63,596 nucleotides of DNA, filler included, from Sphacelaria rigidula (GCA_964200075.2; 7 parts of 7 records of this genome joined end to end with filler, not necessarily neighbours in it); one strand, 5' to 3'; shown: positions 1 through 12,019, numbered from the whole stretch's first letter. Notes: generated from the sequence alone by a model not told the origin. A program made the numbers and translations.

Positions 1-50
1 CGCCCCCGCAGCCTCCGCGACGCAAGGCCCCCAGGAAATCGACCCCGACC

Positions 51-2502
51 GTGCCGCCCCTGCCAACCATAGCCGAAACCACGGCTGTGCCCCCCTCCAG
101 TGGTGATGATATTGCAAACACCACCACAACACCCTCAACGCTAATCGACGCAGGAGTAGCCGTTAACGTTCCGTCTGAGAGTGCACCAACTGGTAGGCTC
201 ACCCTTGATTCCGAAAGCACCGCTTCGTGCCAACCCCGGCCCAAACCGACCCAACACGAAGTCGACGCTTCAACAGATGGTGTATTCAAGGAACGTTTGA
301 CTCTCTTCTCCCACGCCGATTGGACCCGGGAACAACGGGCGGAACCTGCTTGTGAATCAGCTATCCATTATCTATCGAAAGGTTGTCCATGTTCATTCTC
401 AGAAACTGAATTCCTTTTGCCAGTCGGGAATCTCAAAGCGCCCACCCAGGATGAAGTTACTGAACTTTCAAGGAAAGGTATGCTACATACGGATGATGAT
501 GGTGTAGTTATGTTGGTTCGCCGGCCCACAGCAGCACTCCCCAGTGGGAAGCCTACAAGTCGACATGCCCGCTTGCTAGATGATGAACCCGTCTGCATCT
601 ATGTCCCGATGCTACTGCGCCCATGGGTTTTACACGAATGCCATTCATAGGCATCGATTCATTTAGGCGCCATTAGGACCTCCCAGATGTTGGAACGTTT
701 TTATTGGTGGATTTGTATGGATCAGTGTTGTCGATGGTGGGTGAGGCATTATCTTTTGTGTCAGGCGCGAAAAACTTCTCGTCAAACAGTTCGTTGGGCG
801 ATTGTTTCCATGCCACTCCCAAACGGACCTGGTGAAGTAGTATCGTGGGACTATTTTGGTCCTTTGCCCCTGACGGATAGCGGGAATAAGTATATTTTGT
901 TGTTTACGGATAGATTTAGTCGACATGCGGTGGTGCACGCCGTCCCCCCCAATAGTTATACCGCGGAAGGTACCGACAACATTCTTGTCTACATGTACAT
1001 CCCACTGTGGGGTGTGCCCAAACGCTTATTATCTGACAACGCCCCGCATTTTTCAGGCAAAATTTCTGCCGCCGTCAGTGGCCTTTTGGGTGCCCATCGC
1101 ATTTTTACTAGTTCATATCACCCTTCCACCAATGGTGGAACGGAACGAGTGAACCATACGATGGCGCAGATGCTTGCTGTTGTAGCGAATGAGAGACAGA
1201 TGGACTGGGATCTGCACCTGCCCCTTGTTGAGATGAACTACAACATTCTGTCAAGGCCGCTACGGGATTGTCGCCGAATGAAATTGATATTGGACGCATG
1301 CCTAGGTTACCTTTAACGGTTTTCGAACACAAAAATACTGGTGGACATCAGAGTCTGGATCGTGACATTGCAGAGTATCATTTGTCGGTTAGCAATCGTC
1401 TTCGTCTTGCATATGAAGTGGTACGAGAACAGAACCAAATCAATTTGGCCAAGGTGGCCAGGGCGAACTCGATGTTGGATGATGTGGTGCATAACCGCCC
1501 GGTGTGGAAGGTAGGCCAATGGGCATGGGTGTATAACGATGTGAAGACCATCAATCAAGGGGCTAGCTCGAAATCATCATCTTTGGATAAAGTGTTGAAG
1601 GCGAAACTATCCTTGAATTGGACTGGTCCTTGGGAAATTTTAGCTGTTGGTCCGAGCGCTACCGCACCCGACAAGAGTCCGGTGGGAGCGAAACTTTTGT
1701 ACTTAGATTCCCCATGGATAAACCTGGTATGAAACCGAAAAATCACGTCTCGATGCTACGATGCAAACCGTGCATTCCCTCTCATGACTCTTCTGACATG
1801 CCCAAACAACTGTCAGTAGGGCTTAGCCAGTATGTGTTGACCAAGTATGCGATCAAAACTCCGCCGTATCATGTGACGGTCGAGGATGCGGATGCACTCC
1901 TGGAACGCGTTGAGGTGGAAAGGATTTCGGGTCATCAACTGGTTCGTGGTCGTGGAGGTAAGATAGCGGGAATGTATCAAACACATTGGAAGAGTATCAT
2001 ACGTGTTACGTGGGAGCGTGACGTTGATTTGCGTCATTTTCGTCGGGAAATATTGCTGTACTGGGTAGGAGATACCGTCCAACACCGCCCGGTGAATAAG
2101 AGATATCGGTCGATGCGCAAGGGAGCTGCCGCTCGAGAACTGGCACGTGAACACTCAGCGCGGTTTGTTGCGACAGGATATATCCTTCTCTCGCGTTCAC
2201 AATACATGCAGTGTTTCCACGGGAAACGATTGCCGAAAGGGGCGTATTTTTGGTATAAGGCTTTGGATTCACTGTGGTGGTTGGGAAAAGTTCATTTGGT
2301 CGACCCTGCATCTGACCACTCCTACTTTATCCGTTTCCTTGATGACCCAAGCCCCCTTAAGATTCGCTTGGTTGATGCGTACTACACCGAGGAGCCGACC
2401 GCTCGGAGGGGATCCTGGTGCCTCCAACGACACGACCAAGGCGAACTCGAAACAGCCGTTCTACGGAACACGGACACCGCTTGGGATGCAGATGACTCAT
2501 GA
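51..2502 (+). pseudogene. pol: Gypsy pol C-terminal part: integrase (HHCC, DDE, GPY/F-like) + chromodomain + Tudor/PWWP-like domain; disrupted
   Basis: LHECHS*ASIHLG...RHYLLCQ (zinc motif). VSWDYFGPLP / LLSDNAPHF / GGTERVN (D,D,E). KLSLNWTGPWEI. VERISGHQ..YQTHWK..VTWE (chromo). GAYFWYKALDSLWWLGKV..YFIRFLDD. In-frame TAG at 648-650 and frameshifts near 1250 and 1705. Confidence 0.92.
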
Positions 2503-5106
2503 TGCCGCATCCGAGTCTGCTTCCCCATTCACCTTGCGTAGTGGACCGCGTTCGAGTCGCTTGTCTTGCATTGTCGCGTCGTTGGACAACCATGTGTTCC
2601 CCCTCTGCCCCACTTCATTTGGTTTTCGTACTGATTAGCCCCGTACTTGTAGCGATTGATGTGTGCCGGCGTGTCGTGTTCAGTATTTGGTCTTTCGTTT
2701 TTGTATTTTAGATCCTTTGTTTTTGTGTTGCGTTTTTGTTGCATTGGACCCTGTTTTTTTTTGCTTCAATTTTTTTGCCTTTGTTGTTGTCTTTGTTGTA
2801 TATATATTGTCTTTTTTTCTTTTCGCCTCGTGCTTTGTGTTCGATTTTTTGTGTTCAATGGGTACTTTTCTTGGGTACTTCTGGGTTCCTCTGGCGAAGT
2901 ACAATTGGCGATCGTTGCATTCCTGACCCTGAGTCTGGAACCTTGAACCTCCGTCCTCCGCGTCGTGCATTCACAACCATTCGGTCCACCGGAACAGTTG
3001 CCACGAGTTGATTATTTCTTCATTTGTTTTTCGGTGTACGTACATGTTGTCTTGCTTTGTTTTTACATGGTCTTTATCTTTGATTTTTTTGTTTCGATGG
3101 AAGAGTTTCCGGAGCAAGCGCTAGCCATACCTGACGCGCACGTCTGGAATATTTGCGTTCTTGTTCAATCGCTCTGCACGCGAGTGCCGCCTCCCTCTTC
3201 GGGACCGGTCATGACGCGTCCTTTTTTTTGTGTCATATGTTGTCGGTATTTTTTTTTTTCTGCCTTTTCGGTTGAGAGTTTTAGGAGCGAGCGCTGCATA
3301 TACCTGACCTCCCCGTCTGGAATAATTGCGCTCTTGCCCACCCGCTCCGTACACGCATACCGCTTCCCCCTGCAGGATCGGTAATGACGTGTCCCCTTTT
3401 GTGTGTGTACTACGTTAATTTTATATTGATATGGGTTGCCTGAAATGCTTTGACCTACTTGGCTGAAACGTTTTGACCCTGCTTGCTTCATACACACGAG
3501 AACCGCTCCCGTTTACAAGGACGGTTGCCACGTGTTGTTTTTCTGCCTTGTGCTGCGGATTTTCGTTTTCGCTGTTGCCCATCGTGCCCCTGGTTATTTA
3601 TTTTGGTTTTGGTTTCTACGTCCATGTCGGGAATTTCGCCACGAGTGTTCCAACGTTTCTGACCCTCGAGTCTAGAACACTTGGTCTACTGTTTTTTTGC
3701 GAGTCCTGCCGCATGTGACCGACCTCGTTTATAGGAGGGTCACGGGTAATGCGACGCGATAATTTATACTTTGGTGATTGATAAGTTACAACGAGGCCAC
3801 CACTAGCCGCGTCGTACATAGCGGTGAAGCATTGTTATTGAAGTCGCGGTAAGATCGGTTGCAAACGTCTCCTCATGCAGGACCACCACGTATCATGATG
3901 AGGTAGGTCGCTCTTTTGGAACTGTCCGTTCCACCATGTCGATATTCGACCGTTGGTACAGCCTACAGGCTCAGAGTCCGCCACTCACTATTTTTTCTGT
4001 CCCTTTTACCAGTTTTTGCGTACAATTACCCGCCCCTGAAATTGGTCGGCGGTGTTTTGTTTTTATCAGGGATTATTAGACTAAGTTACGTGACGGTACG
4101 ACCGGCTGTGGGCTTTACTCCAGTTTGTGTTCGGGCCAGTCTCGTTTTAGTCCGAACGGGCAAATACTGTGAGGAGTGGGCTGCGTTGGTCCTCTCTATC
4201 CTGTGTATTTGTCGTGGTTCAGAAATGTGTTGGGTGACCCACCTCGGAACTACGCAGTAGGCCCGAAGGTTGTGTATTGTCCACCACGTTTGTTTTGACG
4301 TGTACGGACACCTGACCTTACAAACCGGTCAGTTGTTCTCGTATCGTCGTGTGAGAAAAAAAAAATGCTGTACGACTGGATCATCAACCAGACGTCCCCA
4401 GCAAGTCGTTCTCACAGACCGGTACCGACAATTTACTCACGTCAAACGAGTTGATTTGTTCGTATCATTCTATTTTTTTTCTTTCAACAACGTATGGTTT
4501 TCGCGGGAAACTACCATTTCCGCGATGAAATTGGCTGTACGTTGTTTGCTTTTACTGATTGACTGGGACGAGTGATTAGCATGAACTTGGTTATCGAAGT
4601 GATATAATGCCTTGGCGGGCTTGCTGGTTTTTCTACCAATGACCCAAAACAAATCGGACATTCGGAAAAGAGCGAACTATTTATTCATGATATAGTTATG
4701 GCAGGGTAGGATAACCGTTTCAATGATTGGTCTCTGATTTCCTGTACTTATCACGGAAATGCTTACGACATTCTGGGGACACTGCATTTTATGGATGTGG
4801 TTTGATTGTTGTTTTTGGGTCTTATTTTTTTGTTTTGTTTTTTCTTTCCCATAACCCCGTCTGAAGAACTCACGGAACATGAGGACACCGAGTCATTGTA
4901 TCGGTTCGATTCTTTTTCTCTTTACTTTGTGCTTGTGTTGGTCAGTTTCTGAATTTTTGTCGATCGCCCCTTTCCGTTCCCCGTAACGAAGAGGATTCGA
5001 TCTTCAAACGGAGTCTCAATTTTCTGTGGTGTGGGAGAGGTGTGGCTCGATGCAAGTTCGTCTCTTCTGAAGAGCGACTGCACTTAAACGATCCAGGGTG
5101 GGCTAA

Positions 5107-5533
5107 TGTGATGGTAAATGACTGAGTGCCTGAATTAAAACTAGTTCCTTGTGGATATGCAGATGGTCCCTAGAAACGACCAGCAGGTATGGAAGGATTC
5201 TAGTCGAATGCGTGTTTGTATGGGGCAGGATTCGATCCTTGTATTGTTGACGCAGTGGGTTGAAGGTAGAAGGATTGTACCCGATTAGCCGCGTGTACCT
5301 GCTGCTACTACAGCTTTGATTGGCTTAAGGTATAGTGCGCCACGTCGAGTAGTATTTATATGACAAGATTGTATGCGTAGCTAGAAGTGTTTGAGGGTAA
5401 TCGTGTGCCGCATCGCCCACGCAGCCCACTTGCGATTCACCTGTCAGAGAAAGGCGTACCGTAAAACTAATCACAAGAAGGACCATCAGCTTTTCATCTG
5501 TCCTGCGCGACGTCTCCCCTTCTGCCGGCAAGC
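5107..5533 (+). repeat. Putative 3' LTR of element A, interrupted by element B
   Basis: Starts TGTGATG just after a purine-rich tract and stops where the LTR of element B begins. No partner LTR is available to confirm. Confidence 0.4.
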
Positions 5534-5717
5534 TGTGACGAGCTATAACACGAGTAAGTCACAAGTAATATAACCCCTTGACATCATAGTGGTGTTCCCT
5601 TTTCAGAAAAAGCTCAGTGCTGACTTTCAATGACAGTTGTCTGCTGTTGACGAGTGCCTTGTGCGAGAGAAACCTACAGTTTTAGTTACGAGCCGAAAAC
5701 AGGACCAGTGCGTCACA
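5534..5717 (-). repeat. 3' LTR of element B (184 bp)
   Basis: Perfect 7-bp inverted termini TGTGACG (5534) ... CGTCACA (5717), adjacent to the minus-strand PPT at 5718-5731. Confidence 0.7.
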
Positions 5718-6611
5718 TACTCACCCATCTTGGGTTGAGGCTTGCTTTGCATTCAATACTACCACAGGTGTTGAGAAACACTCACCAATAAATATTATCG
5801 ACGTTCTCCTACAGGCTCGTGTAAAAACCAAAATAAGGGATGACTTGTTTTCCTTCAAATTTCGTGCAAGTTTCGTTCAGTGATCAGCTGAACGATCTAC
5901 ACAGATTACCGTATCCGACGGTCTGTACCAATGAGGTCCGCTCATGACTTGCAGAGGAGTGGAGCTATGGTGGCCGCGTGAAAATATTACGTAACCAGGG
6001 AGAGATTGATATCGGGTCAGCAGTGGTAAAAATATGTTTTTTTTTTCTCGGAGCATTTTGTTCGGAGTAGAAAGAGCTTGTACGGTAATCCTTGTCAGGA
6101 AGTTCCCCCGATGCTGATAAGAGCTTGATTCAAAAACCAAGTCTCTCTTCACCGTCGATCTGTATTCGATCGTGAGATCTGTCCCGATATTATTTTTAGT
6201 CGTGTAGGTATGAGGCGCCCTTTTTTTCAGCCCGCCTCACAATTTTGCTTCTTTCTCCAAATTTTCTAAAGGGCGAATCAAGTTAGCGCGTATTATCCAA
6301 TCTTGAATTGATACGCGTTCATGTCTGAATATTATGTTAGCCGTTCAGGCCTACAGACACAAACAATTGTTTCAGCTCGCTTTATAAATTTTATTCTTGC
6401 GCGAATCTCGGGGACGGCGAGTCATGTTAGCGCGTGTTATTCAACTTGGTTTCGTTTGATACGCGCTTATTTTATTTTACTTTATTCTTCAGACATCTAT
6501 TAGTCGTGTAAGTACGACACGATTTTTTTCAGCTCGCCTCACATTTCCCTCTTTTCCTGAATTTTGAGATAGCGAGTCAAATTAGCTCGTATTTTTCAAC
6601 TTGTGTTTTAT

Positions 6612-7845
6612 TCAATACGCGTTTATGAGTTGTTGGCATTGTGGTATCTCGTCCGCTTGGTACTTCAAGTTTGCTGACGGCCCGTAGCCTTGAAGACGGA
6701 GACGGTACTTGTAATTTTGATGGCTCTCTTTCCCCGGGCCTCGTTTGTGGCCCACCACCTTGTCGACGATGTAACGTTCAATTCTTGGTTTCGTCACTTC
6801 CGGACGGTCAAGTTGGGCCAGGGGTAATTTTTTGCCTGGGAAATACTCGTCGAGTCGGTCAAACTCGGGAGCTGGGGATCGTTCTCGTGGGTACAATTGC
6901 TTAAGGTGAGCGAGGTGTACTGACGTCTCTTCCGCATATACGCTGGTCTTGACCTTATAGACAAAGGGAGAAATTTGTTCGACGACCTCGTATGCCCCCC
7001 GCCATGGTAGCACCAACTTTGGATTAGGACCGCCTGTGTCTTGGTGTGGCCTGAACAGTAGCACTTGTTGGCCAGGTTTAAAGACAGAGTGTGGCTTGAG
7101 CTTGGCATTGCTTGCCTTTTGTTTGTCTGCTCGTTTTTCAAGTTGTATCTTGCAATTTCAAAAGCTATCTGCAGGTTGTCTTTTGTCTCTTTGGCGTATT
7201 CTTCAGCATCCACAGGGTGCCCTTTTTCGGAAATGCCCAAAATAAAGTCGACAGGAAATTTTGGTTGACGTCCGAACATGAGGATATACGGTGTTTCTTG
7301 GACTAGAGTGTTGAATGATGTATTATACGCCATTAGCACGAAGGGTAGCAGAGACGCCCAGTTGTCTTGTTCGACGGAGCTACGCATGGTTAACATGGCG
7401 TGTAAATTCGAGTGTACGCGTTCTGGAACAGAGTCGCCTTGAGGGCGGAACGGTGTCGTGCGTGTTTTGACTGCTGCCAAGATAGCTCCCCCCCGAACCG
7501 GCCGGAAAAGTGCACGGAGGCGATGATCATAGATGCCGTTGGATCTGGTTTCGTGCTGCACGACGCGACTCGTGTGGGCGTTATAGCTTATTTCGGACCG
7601 CGACACGCCTCTCATGTGGACGAAATCGCTGCCGGTATGTCGAACGGTCTCCGGTGCACTTTTTGTGGGGGGGCTATCTCGGCATTAGTCTTTTGTCAAA
7701 TTTAAATATCAGCTGCAACTGGTATATTACCCGGTTTTTGAACTCTCTGCCCTGATCGGAAAGTAATTTTTCTGGTATGGTAAATGTCGTGAAGACACGG
7801 TCTATCAGAATTCTTGCCACATTATTGGTAGATTTGTTTGGGATA
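6612..7845 (-). pseudogene. pol: Gypsy integrase core + chromodomain, interrupted by a MITE and a frameshift
   Basis: IPEKLLSDQGREF, KTRTTPFRPQGDSVPERVH, PYILMFGRQP, PKLVLPWRGAYEV, YIVDKVVGHKRG..YKYRLRLQGYGP (chromodomain). Confidence 0.9.
7469..7690. mobile_element. 222-bp MITE with GAC...GTC termini and 4-bp TSD (TTTT); Sola-like by inference
   Basis: TIR GACTGCTGCCAAGATAGC..AAAAGTGCAC versus reverse complement GACTAATGCCGAGATAGC..AAAAGTGCAC. TTTT at 7465-7468 and 7691-7694. Removing it restores the integrase frame FKFDKTRTTP. Confidence 0.88.
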
Positions 7846-8071
7846 TGTGACGCCAGCAGGTTGCTAGTACTGCAGCGTCTAATGCTGTTGAGGGACCCCC
7901 AGTTCCACTGGCCTCAGGTATCAATTGTTAGCCTTCACAACACATTTTATTGTCATGGAGTGTCATCCGGGCACATACGCTCCATAATCCACATCAGGGT
8001 ATCACCCTTGTGTCCATGTCATCATCCATATCATCACTATATACTCAACGTGACGGCGTGATTTCGTCACA
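7846..8071 (-). repeat. 3' LTR of element C (226 bp)
   Basis: TGTGACG (7846) ... CGTCACA (8071). The integrase B frame stops exactly at 7845. Confidence 0.78.
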
Positions 8072-8150
8072 GCACCCCCAAGGCGCGTTGGACGAGAATC
8101 GAGCAACAAGCTTGACACTCAGAGAAATGACGCCAAAACGATTGAGCAAG

Positions 8151-8760
8151 TCAAAACTGAATACCAAACTCACGCGTAATGCGAGCAGCAATGGAGCGAG
8201 TCACTCACACCTTACGCGACTCCTTTTTGAGAAATTCCGGAGCGGCCTCAAAACTATTTCTAAAAGGCTCCCACGTACGCTCCTCGACTGAAAAACCAAC
8301 CCAGTCGACCAACACGATCAACGAACGATCCTCTGCCTCTACCACGCGAACAGTCCCAGCCATCTGAAATTGCCCCTGGTTAAAAGCGTGCTGAAACACA
8401 TCCTTCACGTCTGCCGTTACACTAAGCTGTGAGTCTGCATGGAAACGCAGACGAGCTACAGGGGCAGTCTGAACACGACCCGAAACAATGTTTAGATTTC
8501 AAACACATGCAAGTGATGAGCACCAACCACTCTCCACGGACCAGTCCACGTCGCCATCAATTTAGGCGTAACTCTCGGGCGACGCACGCGTGCATACAAA
8601 ACATAATCGCCTACCTCGAAATTCGACAATTTCAGCCCCGACAAAGACCCCTCACGTCTACGCACACGTTCAGCGGCAACACGCTCCTGCACTTGAAAGT
8701 GGAAACTTTCCTGCAACTCCAAAACTCCTTGCAATGCACAATTCAGTTGCGCGTCGTCTA
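8151..8760 (-). pseudogene. pol: Gypsy integrase C-terminus + chromodomain (same clade as 37054-38042)
   Basis: FEVGDYVLYARVRR..TPKLMATWTGPWRVV, and LIVLVDWVGFSVEERTWEP. Stops and frameshifts present. Confidence 0.85.
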
Positions 8761-9000
8761 CGACATCACAGTTTCACTCCACCGCCGATGAGGACGCCAA
8801 CACCGAGGAAAACGTCCGAGGTGCATGACCAAGCATCACGTGATGCGGCGTACTATCGTAACGACGGCGATGTAACAGCAAATTGTGCGAATTGAGGTTT
8901 AACTTCGAGATGAGGTTCAAGTGGGCAACCCGACTTGTGAACGTTTTGTAGTAGAAGTACCGAGGACAAGCTCTTATTCGGAAGAAGTTACCTGTGGAGG

Positions 9001-9100
9001 NNNNNNNNNNNNNNNNNNNNNNNNNNNNNNNNNNNNNNNNNNNNTTAATTAATTAANNNNNNNNNNNNNNNNNNNNNNNNNNNNNNNNNNNNNNNNNNNN
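9001..9100. other. Artificial contig linker N44-TTAATTAATTAA-N44
   Basis: 100-nt spacer with stop codons in all frames; identical at six places. Confidence 0.99.
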
Positions 9101-9168
9101 TCTGGCATTTTTCAGTTCTTTTGCTGGCTTGTCGACACTAAATAATGCCTCCAACACGGGCTCGTAGC
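9101..9168 (-). CDS. Possible exon of an unknown gene (YEPVLEALFSVDKPAKELKNAR), cut by contig edge
   Basis: Pyrimidine tract + AG acceptor at 9169-9200 (minus); frame is open to the contig end. Confidence 0.3.
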
Positions 9169-9319
9169 CTTGCGTGGAGAGGGTAGGAGCGGGGGAAAAC
9201 CATGTTCGAGAAGAACTGCGACAAACGTAACAGCAGAGATTCCACAGCTCCTTTGTCAAACTTCACAGAATGGCCCCTCCTTGCACACTACAACAAGGCA
9301 TTTGTGATGCTGCAGGCTC

Positions 9320-9565
9320 TCTTATGTCATTGATGTGCCTGATATTTGTTTCTCCTGTCGACCGCAAAACTCGAAATATGTGCGTATGCGAAGGTATGCG
9401 GAGGGCAGAACCTTTGCATATATTGTCCCATGTTCAGTGTCATCTTATGTCATTGATGTGCCTGATATTTGTTTCTCCTGTCGACCGCAAAACTCGAAAT
9501 ATGTGCGTATGCGAAGGTATGCGGAGGGCAGAACCTTTGCATATATTGTCCCATGTTCAGTGTCA
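9320..9565. repeat. Perfect 123-bp tandem duplication
   Basis: TCTTATGTCATTGATGTGCC...CAGTGTCA repeated at 9320 and 9443. Confidence 0.95.
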
Positions 9566-9909
9566 TTCCACAAAGTCGGAACACAGAATGATATTGAATA
9601 AAAATGAGATCGAGCGAAGCATTGAGAAAGTGAACAAAAATAAGCGTTCGAGTTACTCGTTCCTGTGTCCATTATTTCGGGCGGCGAGGGCGAAAAACTG
9701 TTCGTTTTTGTTTTTACCACACAGCGCTAGCGAAGACACATCCACGAAACAATCGAGTGCAAAGAGAATCTGCACGACGAAGTAGAACTGCACCAAAAGC
9801 CAAATTTAGGACCAACTAACACTTCAAACCTCGAAATGTTTTCACGTGTGCGACGAAGTCGGCACAAAATATCGGCATTTCCGTCGTTTTTTCTCACCCA
9901 CTGCTGTGG

Positions 9910-9990
9910 CCGAGACGCGCCCCCGTGGTCTAGTCGGTACAAGTGAAACTTGTTAGGGCGGAGGATTGAAGGGTCGAATGCCGGCCGTTG
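9910..9990 (+). mobile_element. tRNA-derived SINE head (degenerate)
   Basis: GCCCCCGTGGTCTAGTCGG (A box) ... GGGTCGAATGCC (B box); resembles the SINE head at 33668-33590. Confidence 0.5.
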
Positions 9991-10211
9991 AGACATTTTC
10001 TGAGAATGACGTGATCTCCGTTGAGACATTTCACTGTATTCGACGTGGTGCGGACGTGCTGATCATGATCTAATCCGCGATGTCAAATTGTGAGACGTGA
10101 CCCGAAGGAGGGGTGAGTGCAACCCTTGAGACCCACGGACTCGTCCCAGGGGGGGTATTCATTGGGGGGGGGAGAGGAGTTTGGAGTATGACGAAGAAGG
10201 AGGAAACATAC

Positions 10212-10271
10212 GATACAGAGAATATTGACGACGGCATTGAGGCGGATGTGTATCACAATCTTCGATGGCAT
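10212..10271 (-). CDS. Possible 60-bp exon of an unknown gene
   Basis: Flanked by a TAG acceptor and a GTATGT donor on the minus strand; open in two frames. Confidence 0.25.
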
Positions 10272-11322
10272 CTATTGCTCTGGCCTCGAGTCATGCCAGA
10301 CTGGTCACCATTTTTCACATTAGCCGTTCCTCGAACGTTTCTCTACCCATATTACGATGACTCATGCAACCAAAAACAGAAACAAAACGAAAATGAAAAA
10401 TTAGGACAAATTCGACGCGCATCAAAAGCCCGCGATATTTATATATATATATATATATATCAAGTGTCGAATCCAGTTCAATTCCAATTTCCCCGTCATA
10501 TAACTCAACTGCCTGCGGCCTGCGGCCGGGTTTCGAAGCCTGTTCAAAGCAGTTCGTCTTGTTGTTCCGCCGAATATTCCGCCACGTTGTTCATTTTAAA
10601 AATATTCAAACACGAGATGGTGCATATGAACCCGGCCGGATGAGGGCGCCACTCTGCTGAATCTATAATGCGATGCGAAGCACCAAGTCTCGAGTTGTCA
10701 CTATCTGACGCTTTCGCATGCTTTTACACCAACCAAATTCGCAGTCTTTGATTTCATAGATTGGAACTTCGCGAACGGCTACGAATTTCGAAAATCTTCA
10801 GCAGCAAAGTATCTGGCATGCTACCAGCTCCCTCTCTTTTTTTTCCCCCGCGGAACCTGCTCTTCGTGTTTTTTCTGAAAGTTTAGTTTGAAGATAGCTC
10901 CCAAACTCTCCGGCGCCTCCTTTTCGAGTGAGCACGTTTGTTGGAGCTCAAGACTTATGTGGTGGTATAGCTGCATTCGCCAGCTTTCCAACGGGTGTAG
11001 TCACGTGTCGGTTCTCGCTGGTTGTATCGTTTAGCGTGTTTCAATGGGCAGTTTATTCTGTTGGAACATGTAGTGCTACCGAAAAAGACAAGGTACCGTT
11101 TTCTTTTCGTAAAAAACTCCAGAAATGAGTATTTTTTATGGACTATCGTATTGTGGGAATTTGCTCCGGAATGTATGATCATCCGTGTAGCAAGAGTAGA
11201 AAAAAAATAACGGGGAGAGGTCAAGTCAACTTCATGTATCGAACAACAGAAGCAACGCAGCAACAACAACTACGAAACCTACAACATCAGGATAATATTG
11301 ACATGGCATTATCAACAACATG

Positions 11323-11873
11323 CAGTAGTGGGCGGTCTAACTATTCCATTCTGAGGCATTTTGTGATTTCTTCGTAATTGGCGATTTTCTTGGGCTTTTT
11401 TCGCTTGCCACCGCTTATCACATTGGGGATCTGAAGACATTTGTATGCGCTCCACATTTCAAGAAAAAAAACGATTCGTACCCGACATTGAGTGACTTTG
11501 AGGCTGACCCGTCATCGGGGGTCCAGCGACATTTCAGCCCAGATTCTTACTCTTCGGTATTTTCGGTCGATCAAGCCTGTCCCGATCATATTTCTAAAAA
11601 AATGTACAGTTTGACTTTTTTATCAATTCTGTCTACTCATTGCACTAGAGCCGAAAAACTGTGTTTCACGGTCAATAACACCCTCCTGATGAACGGGGTG
11701 TTTACTCGTTTTGCCCGGTAACACCAACTAGCACTGACTTGGGCACTGTATTTTGAGGATCATCTGTTCATTGTACCAAAATCTACCGACGCTGGCAATT
11801 TTAAGTTCTATTGAAGAGTAGTACGCGAGGAAAACCCCAAAACCCCGCTGAATAGTTAGACCGCCCATTACTG
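11323..11873. mobile_element. Tc1/mariner-type MITE (551 bp), copy 1
   Basis: TIR CAGTAGTGGGCGGTCTAACTATTC / GAATAGTTAGACCGCCCATTACTG; TG/TA flanks; colinear with 19691-20213. Confidence 0.88.
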
Positions 11874-12019
11874 TAGTAACACGTGAAGGGAAAACGCACG
11901 ACGCGACCAGTGAAAGCTCATGCTTCTGAGGTTCATCTTTCTCGGCTGTGTTGCCCGGCAAGTGCCCGTGTTATCATCAACCTGTTCATTTTGACGTCAC
12001 TGCTTGTGCTGCTGCTTAC

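Larger units (their letters stand above)
1..5533 (+). mobile_element. Ty3/Gypsy LTR retrotransposon A (5' end cut by contig start): integrase region, ~2.6 kb 3' non-coding region, partial 3' LTR
   Basis: Integrase motifs at 51-2502. T-rich downstream region with internal direct repeats. Purine-rich AGGGTGGG followed by TGTGATG at 5107 suggests a PPT and LTR start. The 3' extent is inferred. Confidence 0.75.
5534..7845 (-). mobile_element. Ty3/Gypsy chromovirus-type element B (3' half)
   Basis: Minus-strand integrase + chromodomain at 6612-7845, tandem-repeat 3' UTR at 6196-6610, PPT-like AAGATGGGTGAGTA followed by LTR 5717-5534. Confidence 0.8.
7846..8760 (-). mobile_element. Ty3/Gypsy element C (3' end), inserted in the integrase of B
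   Basis: LTR 7846-8071, PPT GGGGG at ~8075-8079 (minus), integrase C-terminus and chromodomain remnants at 8151-8760. Confidence 0.82.

Noticed and set aside
2499-3718. Phe/Cys/Val-rich or Lys-rich short ORFs
   Set aside because: Translations of a T-rich non-coding retroelement region.
5107-5588. Alternative complete LTR TGTGATG...CATCATA followed by a PBS-like TGGTG
   Set aside because: It has an imperfect end and overlaps the better supported LTR 5534-5717 (perfect termini plus PPT).
9045-9056. TTAATTAATTAA as a biological motif
   Set aside because: Synthetic all-frame stop linker inside N runs.
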